Source of the DNA: Candidatus Poribacteria bacterium
Lineage (GTDB): Bacteria > Poribacteria > WGA-4E > UBA9662
Reading direction: 5' to 3'
DNA: 22,183 nt
Assembly (NCBI GenBank): GCA_036339735.1
Contig: JAYZAL010000091.1
Location: forward strand, 1 to 22,183
Under the pieces are notes generated by a model that did no database searches, was not told where the DNA came from, and was given only the letters and a program-made list of their open reading frames with translations. This document shows, one piece after another, positions 1-7,762 of the stretch; position 1 is the stretch's first letter, and every line of letters begins with the position of its first letter. Position numbers and translations under genes: made by a program.

Positions 1-2
1 GA

Positions 3-1208
3 CTGCCAAACAATATCAAATTGGCCATTTGCTAGAATTTCACCAACATAAACAGGCTTTAGTGTATGTTGATTATTTTTATGCATCTTTTTCTTGCCGC
101 CTGGGGCGTCAAACTCAAGACCATAAACAGCTTCACGAACCTGATCGACTTCAAAAGAGCCTGCCTTCTCAACTGCTGCTTTCCAAACATAGACCCCGAA
201 GTATGCCGCTTCAATTGGATCGTCAGTGACACGATCGGCACCTCCAGGCAAACCTGTTTTTTCACAAAAATCTTTGAAATCTTTGACAAAATTGTTGTTT
301 GCTGGTGTATCAATACTTTGGTAATAGTTCCAGCAAGCTAAATGGCCAACCAGAGGGGGAACATCCATAGCACGTAATTCATCTTCTGCTACGGAAAAGG
401 CCATAATAGGACAATCTGATGAGGTTAGTCCTTGATTAGCAAATTCTTTATAGAAGGGAACATTACTGTCTCCATTGATGGTAGACAAAACACAGGCGTT
501 GCCTTCAGCGGCAAATTCTTTGATCTGGGAAACGATAGTTTGATAGTCTTGATGATGGAATGGTGTGTAGACTTCTTCGACATTTTCGTCTGGTACACCC
601 TTAGATTTCAAGAAAGCTTTCAGCACTTTGTTGGCAGTTCGGGGGAAAACATAATCTGTACCGAGAAGATAGAATTTTTCCATTTCATATTCTTCCATCA
701 TGTATTTAGCTGCGGGTACTAACTGCTGATTCGGAGATGCTGCGGTATAAAAGACGTTTAGCGATTGTTCCTCACCTTCATATTGGACAGGATAGAAAAG
801 TAGACCATTGTACTCTTCGAATACTGGTAAACAGGATTTTCGGCTAACGGAAGTCCAACATCCAAAAGTAACAGCAACTTTGTCTTGAGTTAGCAATTGT
901 TTCGCTTTGTCAGCAAATAGTGGCCAATCAGAAGCTGGGTCAACCACTACGGGTACTATTTCTTTTCCTAGCACACCGCCAGAGTCATTGATCTCTTCTA
1001 CAGCCATTAATACTACATCTCTGAGGGAGGTTTCAGAAATTGCCATTGTTCCACTCAATGAGTGTAATACGCCAATTTTGACTTGATGACCATCTGCCTG
1101 AACAGATAATGGGAGAATACTAATGATACTTAGCATTAAAAATGAGAGACTAGCTATTTGGAAAAGCTGACGAAGCCTTTTTTTAAAAGGGAAATTTGTA
1201 CCCATCAT
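3..1208 (-). CDS. urtA: Urea ABC transporter substrate-binding protein UrtA (3' end runs off the window)
   Basis: Translated by hand; absent from the ORF track because there is no stop codon in the window. ATG at 1208 with GGAGGA upstream. Signal peptide ...LPLSVQA, then [69 protein letters not shown], ending ...[19 protein letters not shown]. These are UrtA-family motifs. Confidence 0.95.
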   Translation of the reverse strand, partial: MMGTNFPFKKRLRQLFQIASLSFLMLSIISILPLSVQADGHQVKIGVLHSLSGTMAISETSLRDVVLMAVEEINDSGGVLGKEIVPVVVDPASDWPLFADKAKQLLTQDKVAVTFGCWTSVSRKSCLPVFEEYNGLLFYPVQYEGEEQSLNVFYTAASPNQQLVPAAKYMMEEYEMEKFYLLGTDYVFPRTANKVLKAFLKSKGVPDENVEEVYTPFHHQDYQTIVSQIKEFAAEGNACVLSTINGDSNVPFYKEFANQGLTSSDCPIMAFSVAEDELRAMDVPPLVGHLACWNYYQSIDTPANNNFVKDFKDFCEKTGLPGGADRVTDDPIEAAYFGVYVWKAAVEKAGSFEVDQVREAVYGLEFDAPGGKKKMHKNNQHTLKPVYVGEILANGQFDIVWQ

Positions 1209-1274
1209 TTGGTGTTCCTCCATAAAAATCTAAAAACGCGAAATAATATTTACTTTAAACTGGTTAAGCGATTT

Positions 1275-1290
1275 GGCAACATTTGTGCCA
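1275..1290 (-). promoter_or_regulatory. Sigma-54 (-24/-12) promoter for urtA
   Basis: Minus strand reads TGGCAC-AAATG-TTGCC, matching TGGCAC-N5-TTGC with exact GG-N10-GC spacing, 66 nt upstream of the urtA ATG. Fits nitrogen-regulated urea uptake. Confidence 0.85.
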
Positions 1291-1446
1291 CTTTATAACA
1301 GTTGATTCCATATTTGTGTATCCGAGTTTGCAAAGTCAGGGAATTCTCTTTTATAGAGTAGATTCTTGCATCATAGAACTAGAAGATCATTTTGGAAATA
1401 TAGTAGAATATACCAAATGTTTTTTTGAGGGAACTAAACGGTTTGC

Positions 1447-2886
1447 GTGATCTTTCATCAAATATTCGCTGTAAAAACTGGCAAAGTGCTTGTGGTTAAA
1501 ATAGGTCATCACAAAAAAGAGGTCTTGATTCTGGTCGCAGTGACTCTTTTTGGTGGAATACTGCGGTTTTTCCATTTGGGGACTTGGAGTTTCTGGATTG
1601 ATGAGGTTCTTTGTGTCTTAGACGCACAAAGTTTTTCATTTAAACAGTTCCAAATCAATCCTGTACCATATATTGCGGTTCGTCTGTCAATTTCTATTTT
1701 TGGTTTAAGTGAATTTGGTTCTCGTGTCATTCCTGTTTTGGTCGGGATCGCATCGGTTTTATTGATTTACTGGATGGGTAATTCCTTAATCAGCAAACAT
1801 GTTGGAATTCTATCGGCAATCTTTTTAGCAACTCTAAACTGGCATGTTTATTGGTCGCAGAATGCTCGAGCTTACGTATTTACGCTCTTTTTTGCGCTTT
1901 TAACAACTTGGTTTTTCTATCTGGCTATTGAACGGAACCGAGTAGGATTAATGCTAGTTGCATTAGTGTCATCAGTTTTTCTGATAGCCTCTCATATATT
2001 ATCGTCCATATTAGTTCCGGCTCTTGCTGTGTATTCTGTAGGGCTTCGGCTAAGTGAGAAAAAGCCTTTTAATCGTCGTTATTGTTTCCTGTTGCTGATT
2101 TTTTTTGTGCCATTGGGGCTGCCATTGTTTTTGTTGGCGTTCCCTAGTTTTCAGACTTATTTGTTTTCCGGATGGGGCTTAAACGAATGGAAACGGAGTC
2201 CGTTGTATATTATCTCGACATTAGTCTATGGCTTGACCATTCCTGTAACCGTTGCGGCTCTATTGGAGACAATTGCAGGACCAATTAGGCGCCCACAAGC
2301 GTTTTTACTTTGTTATGCTGGTGTGCCATTAATCCTATTTTTGTTTTTTTCCCAATTATTGAATGTGGCTGGGTATTATCTTTTTTTTACAGTACCAGCT
2401 TATCTGTTGCTTGCAGCTTCGGTGTGTGAACGGATATGGGTTTTACGTCAAATTTCATTTCCAATACGATGTATATTACCGATGATGATCGTTGCGGTCA
2501 TGCTTTCTCAGAATTATATCTATTTTCGATTGGAAAATGGAGGCAGGCCTGACTGGAAGAAGGCATTTGAGACGATTAAGTCCGAGTTTCGGGAGAACGA
2601 TAGAATTGTTTTGTCAGTTCCACAGATGGGAGAATACTATGTTCCAAAAGCAAAATCCACTTATGTTAGAGAGATGATGAATGATTTGGAAGGATTTGAA
2701 CGGGAAGTCAAATTGAGCAGTGGGCGTACATGGTTTTTAGTAGATGTTGAAGATTTCAATATTTTCGATTCAGATCAGCGATTACGACGTTGGATACGAG
2801 AAAATGCTGTCTATGTAAAGTCACATTCAGCATTCTCACGGTACCGTGATCGAAGTATTCACGTCTATTTGTTAGAAGCTAATTGA
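1447..2886 (+). CDS. GT-C fold membrane glycosyltransferase (GT39/ArnT/PMT_2-like)
   Basis: Polytopic protein with LRFFHLGTWSFWIDE (DE motif after TM1), FGLSEFGSR, HVYWSQNARAY and a soluble C-terminal domain (RPDWKKA). The true start may be a downstream GTG (1486/1492). Confidence 0.85.
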   Translation: MIFHQIFAVKTGKVLVVKIGHHKKEVLILVAVTLFGGILRFFHLGTWSFWIDEVLCVLDAQSFSFKQFQINPVPYIAVRLSISIFGLSEFGSRVIPVLVGIASVLLIYWMGNSLISKHVGILSAIFLATLNWHVYWSQNARAYVFTLFFALLTTWFFYLAIERNRVGLMLVALVSSVFLIASHILSSILVPALAVYSVGLRLSEKKPFNRRYCFLLLIFFVPLGLPLFLLAFPSFQTYLFSGWGLNEWKRSPLYIISTLVYGLTIPVTVAALLETIAGPIRRPQAFLLCYAGVPLILFLFFSQLLNVAGYYLFFTVPAYLLLAASVCERIWVLRQISFPIRCILPMMIVAVMLSQNYIYFRLENGGRPDWKKAFETIKSEFRENDRIVLSVPQMGEYYVPKAKSTYVREMMNDLEGFEREVKLSSGRTWFLVDVEDFNIFDSDQRLRRWIRENAVYVKSHSAFSRYRDRSIHVYLLEAN

Positions 2887-3560
2887 AGATTTTGCATCAG
2901 TTCGATAACTTTTGATCGATCACGTTTGCCTCTTTTAGATTCTACACCAGAACATAGGTCTATCCCATCTGGGCGAACTGTTTCGATGGCCGACCTTACA
3001 TTCTCAGGTCGGATCCCGCCTGACAGAAATGCCGGAATTTCACACGCTTGGATTAGTTTCTCAGCAATATTCCAATTACTGGTTTTACCGGTGCCACCAA
3101 ATCTTACTTTGTCATCATTGTATTCTGCTGAATCGAACAATATGGCGTCTGCACCAGCAGTAATATAGCTTTCAAGGTCGGCTATCATCTCGTCCAGATT
3201 AATCTGTTGATTAATATTAACTGGTAGAAACATTGAATTCCATATTTGGCATTGTAGCGAATCCTTGAGTATCTTCAATTGCTCGGCAGGTTCATGTCCA
3301 AGTAGTTGGATAGCAAACGGATTGATTTTGTTAACTACTTCGACGATCCAATCAGTTGATCGATTGAAAAACAGTAAAATTGTGGGAATTGGTGTCTGTC
3401 GAGTTATTTCTGTCGCTTGTTCGATTGAAACGGAACGTTCAGAGAACGGTACCTCCACTACAATACCAGAGTAGTCAGCTCCTGATTCAGCGGCGATCGT
3501 TGCGTCTATGGTACTGGTTGTCCCACAAATTTTGACTCGACATTTAGTTCGTTTTTTCAT
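2865..3560 (-). CDS. trpF: Phosphoribosylanthranilate isomerase (TrpF family)
   Basis: VKICG, LFDS, FGGTGKT, FLSGGIRPENV and GIDLCSGVE motifs. QLLG replaces the usual QLHG. No other trp genes nearby. Confidence 0.85.
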   Translation of the reverse strand: MKKRTKCRVKICGTTSTIDATIAAESGADYSGIVVEVPFSERSVSIEQATEITRQTPIPTILLFFNRSTDWIVEVVNKINPFAIQLLGHEPAEQLKILKDSLQCQIWNSMFLPVNINQQINLDEMIADLESYITAGADAILFDSAEYNDDKVRFGGTGKTSNWNIAEKLIQACEIPAFLSGGIRPENVRSAIETVRPDGIDLCSGVESKRGKRDRSKVIELMQNLQLASNK

Positions 3561-3567
3561 TTGATAT

Positions 3568-3720
3568 TTAGCTTTTAGTCAGTTTTAGTGTGTTTTTAGA
3601 TGGTAATGCCCATATTATTGTCATCCAAATCATTAACAATGTCGAATCCTCAGCAAAAATCAAAACTGCCACGATAAAAATCAACAGCCCAGCTAAAATT
3701 CTACTCTTATTTGATATCAT
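3568..3720 (-). CDS. Small (50 aa) hydrophobic membrane protein, not in the ORF track
   Basis: MISNKSRILAGLLIFIVAVLIFAEDSTLLMIWMTIIWALPSKNTLKLTKS*. AGGT SD-like sequence upstream of the ATG. Fills the gap between the cohesin gene and trpF on the same strand; stop codon is 7 nt before the trpF ATG. Confidence 0.6.
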   Translation of the reverse strand: MISNKSRILAGLLIFIVAVLIFAEDSTLLMIWMTIIWALPSKNTLKLTKS

Positions 3721-3753
3721 GGAATTTTACCTAATAAAGCATCGAGGGAGAAT

Positions 3754-5346
3754 TTACGGATCGGATTTAATCCGTCCCCAACTAGTTAACACTTTGCCTT
3801 GAGGGTAAACAGCCACTTCATCATTAGCTATTCCTAAATTGAGCCGGTCTACACCCACTAGTTTACCATAGATGTTGTTGTTTATTTTTTCGGTAGAACG
3901 GTCGGCCGACAACCAGATGGGTGTTATAATCGTGTTTCCATCAGTTAGTTGAATATTGTCCACTAACATGCTAAACAGGCCTTTTGGTGCTGATTCTACT
4001 TTGCTGCCTACAGTAATAGCCACAATTTTCTTGTTGACGATTGACGCTAGTTCAATTTGCTGGTGTGACCATCTGCTGATGGATGCTTCTTGATGACGCA
4101 TACCTTGTCTTTTAGCAGGTGGTTGGAGAACAATACCATCAGCAGTGTGAACGTAAACACCACCAGATTTTAAAACGCTCAACTCGGAAAATTTGACTTG
4201 GTATTCGATCAACATTCCTCCTTTGACGATTATTCCATTTTGGTTTTGGTAGATAGATGTTAAAGCAGTTACTGGGAGTCCATTGGTGGTGACAATAGTA
4301 TTGATGTGTAGTGATTTCCCTCCATCAGCTCGTTCGGTAATCACTGGTTTTCTGGTCGCAACTTTTCCCGTAACTTGCCCACCTTGGGTGGTGATTTCAA
4401 TTTCTTGAGCGTTACCGTCGGACAAAAGAACATCTGATAACCTAATGGCTGAATCTTTTCTGGCAAGAACCCTGAAAGTCAGTGTAGCTAGTGTTCCATC
4501 CGCAATTTTTGATGTATTACCAATAGCTGCTGCGCCATAGAGTACTGATCCTGGCGAAATTACTGGTTCTACATCGAACACCTTGGCGAAATCTTCTGGT
4601 AGATAGTCACCGTTTTTGATGTTAATATATTCGAGAACAGTTTTGTCGTAAGCCAGCTTCAATTGATATCCAGCTACATTTCTCCCATTAGTGATTTTGA
4701 CCTGAACTTGGATCTGTTGACCAATTTCGGGCAGTCCGATTTTGGCCGGTTCAATTGAGACTTTTGCAACATTGTTGAAATCCGCTGGTTTGTCCAACGG
4801 CTCCAAAACAGTATTACCTAAATTACCTTTATCCAAGGTGATGTCTGTAGTTTCTAAGTCTAAAGGAGTGGCTAAGCCTCTGTCTCCCAACACATTCCCA
4901 TTTTTGATGGTAGCAGGAATAGCCTTGGCTTCTCGGTTGGACAGTCTAACCTCCGATAATTGAATGGTTGAATCTTTCTTATTTAATACTTTGAAAGTTG
5001 CCAAAGCCAAGATGCCATCTGTCTTTTTGGCTACACCAATGATGGCGACTGCTCCTACCATTATTGAACCAGGAGAAGACACTGGCGGAACCAAAAATGG
5101 TTCTGGAGGTAAGTAGTCGCCAACTTTAATGTTGACGTGTTCTAGTATTGCTTGATCATAAACTAATGTTAATTGGTATCCTGCGATACCTCTACCATCA
5201 GAGATTTTGACTTGGACTTCCAATTGCTGGCCGATCTCTGGTAATTCTATTGTGGTTGGGGTGATCGAAACAGTTGTTACTGCAGATGCTGTTAACGTAA
5301 CCGTTAGAATAAGAAGTGCGATGAAGCTACACGATAATTTTTGCAC
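3754..5346 (-). CDS. Secreted tandem-cohesin-domain protein with a CBM-like beta-sandwich and a C-terminal 'AVxPxGKxLTxWGxIK' tail
   Basis: Signal peptide (…TASA). Two ~130-aa repeats 170 aa apart with a cohesin-like pattern (V.VKI...AGYQL.L.YD...LE....GDYLP...DG.LA..TF.VL...I.LS.V.LS). Third beta-rich domain ending MLVDNIQLTDG. Terminal VAVYPQGKVLTSWGRIKSDP. GTG start with AAGGGAG upstream. Confidence 0.8.
   Translation of the reverse strand: MQKLSCSFIALLILTVTLTASAVTTVSITPTTIELPEIGQQLEVQVKISDGRGIAGYQLTLVYDQAILEHVNIKVGDYLPPEPFLVPPVSSPGSIMVGAVAIIGVAKKTDGILALATFKVLNKKDSTIQLSEVRLSNREAKAIPATIKNGNVLGDRGLATPLDLETTDITLDKGNLGNTVLEPLDKPADFNNVAKVSIEPAKIGLPEIGQQIQVQVKITNGRNVAGYQLKLAYDKTVLEYINIKNGDYLPEDFAKVFDVEPVISPGSVLYGAAAIGNTSKIADGTLATLTFRVLARKDSAIRLSDVLLSDGNAQEIEITTQGGQVTGKVATRKPVITERADGGKSLHINTIVTTNGLPVTALTSIYQNQNGIIVKGGMLIEYQVKFSELSVLKSGGVYVHTADGIVLQPPAKRQGMRHQEASISRWSHQQIELASIVNKKIVAITVGSKVESAPKGLFSMLVDNIQLTDGNTIITPIWLSADRSTEKINNNIYGKLVGVDRLNLGIANDEVAVYPQGKVLTSWGRIKSDP
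4372..5277 (-). repeat. Two tandem cohesin-like domains (approx. 4891-5277 and 4372-4767)
   Basis: LPEIGQQ at aa 35 and 205, AGYQL at 55 and 225, GDYLP at 76 and 246: a constant 170-aa (510-nt) period. Confidence 0.85.
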
Positions 5347-5418
5347 AGTTTTCTCCCTTAGACTATTAGCTCATAGATTCTTTCGAAAAACAAATTCGTT
5401 GATGGTTCAGAGAGCGAC

Positions 5419-7572
5419 TTATTTCATTATAACCATTTTTCTCATGGCGGAAAAGCTTTCGGCTGAAATGCAATAGAAGTAAATCCCGCTTGATGTATAC
5501 TCACCAGCGTCCGAGCGGCCGTTCCAATAAACGGCTCGTTCTCTTGATACGTATGAACCAGCATTAAGATATCCAAGGCTAATTTGTCTGACAATTTTCC
5601 CCGAAGTATCGAAGATTCTTACTGAGACCTCGGTATCCTCAGCTAATTCGAAAGGTATCCACGTTTCAGGGTTGAAAGGATTAGGATAATTAGGGAGCAA
5701 TTGTGTTTCAATTGCCGATCTTTGAGGTAGAATGACTTTCAAGGCATTGAATACTACATCTTCTGCTTTGGATCTGATCGGCGTACGTTCTAATGCCTCT
5801 ATAGCTGATTGGATGCTTCGTTTCTGTTGAGTAGTAAAATGTAGCTCTCTGTGCAATAGTTTTGGTGCGGTAGCAATCTGGCCAAATTCAGTGGCTACCA
5901 TTACTAGGTCGAGGATGTCTATTCGTCCATCCTGATTCGTATCTTGAGGTAAGTTTTCGTCTACCAAACCAAAGTAGCTAGCGACTAGCACTAGGTCGAG
6001 AATATCAACTTGGTTGTCTCCGTTAGCATCTCCTAACAATTTGACTTTCTCTTCCACAAATAGTATTAGTTCAACTGTTTTAAGATCACTGGCACTTTCT
6101 AAGACGACACTGATTTTGTGTTTTCCCATTGGTGTTGAGTGTGTTGTTGTTAGAGTTAGGGTTACTTCTTGGGATGAGCTATTGGGACTGATACTTTTTC
6201 CCTCGGGTGCGATTTGGGTGGCAATTGGTATTGTGGACAAATCAATGGAAAGGTCAACAGTTTCTTGAAACCCTTTTTCTCCCCGAATTAACAAGTCAAA
6301 GCTAGTTTTTGCACCGATCATCACCGTCCGTGTGTTTTGTGGCACATTTACCCAGAAAGTAACCAACGGGATTTGTTTTTCTACCTTCAAGGTAACAGTG
6401 GCAGCTTGACTAAAGTTAGTTCCGTCATTAACTTTAAAAGTAAAGGTGTCTGTGCCATCAAAGTCTGAATTAGGTATGTAGTTTACGTTGGCATTATCAA
6501 CAGAAAATATTCTGCCATGGTTTGGTTTTTTAACTATGTGGTATGTTAGTTCATCCTGGTCATAATCATGCGCGAATAAGGTTATCTTTTTCGGCTTATT
6601 CCCATTTATGTTGATTGCTTGATCGATGGCAATTGGGCTGTCGTTGAGCGAATCAACAATTATAATTACAGTGGCGGCTTGGCTGTCATGGGTACCATCA
6701 TTGGCTTTAAAAGTAAAGGTGTCTGTACCCGCAAAATTGGAATTTGGAATATATGTTGGGTTTGGCATTTCTCCTGATAAATGACCGTTTTCAGGTGGAG
6801 AGACAATCGAATAGTCAAAAGATCCACCTTCTAAATCAGTAACTGATAACTGGATGATTACAGGCGTTTCCTCAGTTGTTGTAACTGATTGGCCTATGGC
6901 AACTGGCGCATCGTTAATAGCATGAATTGCTAAAGTAACTTTCACTGCCTTACTATCTGCAACGCCATCACTAGCATGAAACACAAAGGAATCTGGTCCG
7001 TGATAGTTTTGATTGGGAGTATAGACAAAATCAGCTTGGCCAACCGGCGAAAGTTTGCCATTTTTGGGAGGGCGGATTATTTGGTAAGTTATTTGCTTTT
7101 CCTCGTGATTTTCCGCAGTTAAGGTGATTAATTTTGGTGTGTCCTCATCGATGATAATTGTTTGCGGGACTGCTACTGGTGGAGTAGGAATTCTAACGTC
7201 AATTATGGCATTTTTTGAATTTATTTCTGTCTCAGTTATAATATGGCTCTGACGTGCAACTACCACATTATCTTTATCGATGATTGCCACGAGGAATTCA
7301 TCACCGTGACCAGCCACCTTTAGCTGGGTTTCCATTTTCATTAGTAGAACTTGGTATCTGCCGTTTTTATCTGTTTTCGTATGTATCCATTTGGGTGTAG
7401 CCGCATCTGTTCTAGTTTTATTTATGACATATACTTTGACCTGATTCGCTCCCGAATTGTCTTCGTTAGTGACCAACCCAGTGATGATTAAAAGCGGAGT
7501 GTTTGCAGTTGCTTGCAAGCAGATTAATATAAGTCCAATGTATAAGGTTGAACCTACAGGCTTAAATTTCAT
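5419..7572 (-). CDS. Secreted multidomain protein: carboxypeptidase-regulatory-like domain, 3x cadherin-like/Big_9 Ig repeats, extra Ig-like domain, dockerin, FlgD-Ig/T9SS-CTD-like C-terminus
   Basis: Signal peptide (…ATA). TDKNGRY. Three ~90-aa repeats (P.A…P.[NH]G…Y.PN..[FY].G.D.F.F...DG). Duplicated Ca-binding loop GDANGDNQVDILDLVLVASYFG / DTNQDGRIDILDLVMVATEFG. C-terminal LLPNYPNPFNPETWIPF…YWNGR…SGIYFY…RKMVIMK. Confidence 0.88.
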   Translation of the reverse strand: MKFKPVGSTLYIGLILICLQATANTPLLIITGLVTNEDNSGANQVKVYVINKTRTDAATPKWIHTKTDKNGRYQVLLMKMETQLKVAGHGDEFLVAIIDKDNVVVARQSHIITETEINSKNAIIDVRIPTPPVAVPQTIIIDEDTPKLITLTAENHEEKQITYQIIRPPKNGKLSPVGQADFVYTPNQNYHGPDSFVFHASDGVADSKAVKVTLAIHAINDAPVAIGQSVTTTEETPVIIQLSVTDLEGGSFDYSIVSPPENGHLSGEMPNPTYIPNSNFAGTDTFTFKANDGTHDSQAATVIIIVDSLNDSPIAIDQAININGNKPKKITLFAHDYDQDELTYHIVKKPNHGRIFSVDNANVNYIPNSDFDGTDTFTFKVNDGTNFSQAATVTLKVEKQIPLVTFWVNVPQNTRTVMIGAKTSFDLLIRGEKGFQETVDLSIDLSTIPIATQIAPEGKSISPNSSSQEVTLTLTTTHSTPMGKHKISVVLESASDLKTVELILFVEEKVKLLGDANGDNQVDILDLVLVASYFGLVDENLPQDTNQDGRIDILDLVMVATEFGQIATAPKLLHRELHFTTQQKRSIQSAIEALERTPIRSKAEDVVFNALKVILPQRSAIETQLLPNYPNPFNPETWIPFELAEDTEVSVRIFDTSGKIVRQISLGYLNAGSYVSRERAVYWNGRSDAGEYTSSGIYFYCISAESFSAMRKMVIMK
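5878..6033 (-). repeat. Dockerin duplicated segments (two F-hand/EF-like Ca2+ loops, 29 aa apart)
   Basis: D-x-N-x-D-x-x-[VI]-D-I-L-D-L-V occurs twice; the 11-mer actaggtcgag repeats at 5903-5913 and 5990-6000. Confidence 0.88.
6379..7182 (-). repeat. Three tandem cadherin-like (Big_9/tandem-95 type) Ig repeats
   Basis: Repeats at aa ~131-219, 220-309 and 310-398 joined by NDAP/NDSP linkers; an exact 22-bp DNA repeat ctttaaaagtaaaggtgtctgt at 6432-6453 and 6705-6726. Confidence 0.85.
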
Positions 7573-7762
7573 AATATGTTCAATGTATCAATTTGATAAG
7601 GGGTAAACTTGATTGAGAAATGGAATCTTAGATATTGGTAACTTCCGTCGAAACATCCATAAAATATATTGATTGCTCAAGATGTTTCCCCTTAATTTTT
7701 TGTGATTGCCTGGTTTCGAATTGGAAGAGGTTTATCATGAGTTGGAAGTTGATCCAAAACAA

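Noticed and set aside
29-722. Short ORFs 29-229, 59-313, 66-341 and 432-722 from the ORF track
   Set aside because: All overlap the UrtA reading frame (antisense or out of frame) and show no family motifs.
3754-7572. A true cellulosome
   Set aside because: No glycoside hydrolase or other catalytic module is visible in either protein or in the window; only the connector modules are supported.
7650-7688. GAAACATC…GATGTTTC inverted repeat upstream of the dockerin gene
   Set aside because: 8-bp arms with a 23-nt spacer, no U-tract and no second copy seen; insufficient to call a terminator or operator.
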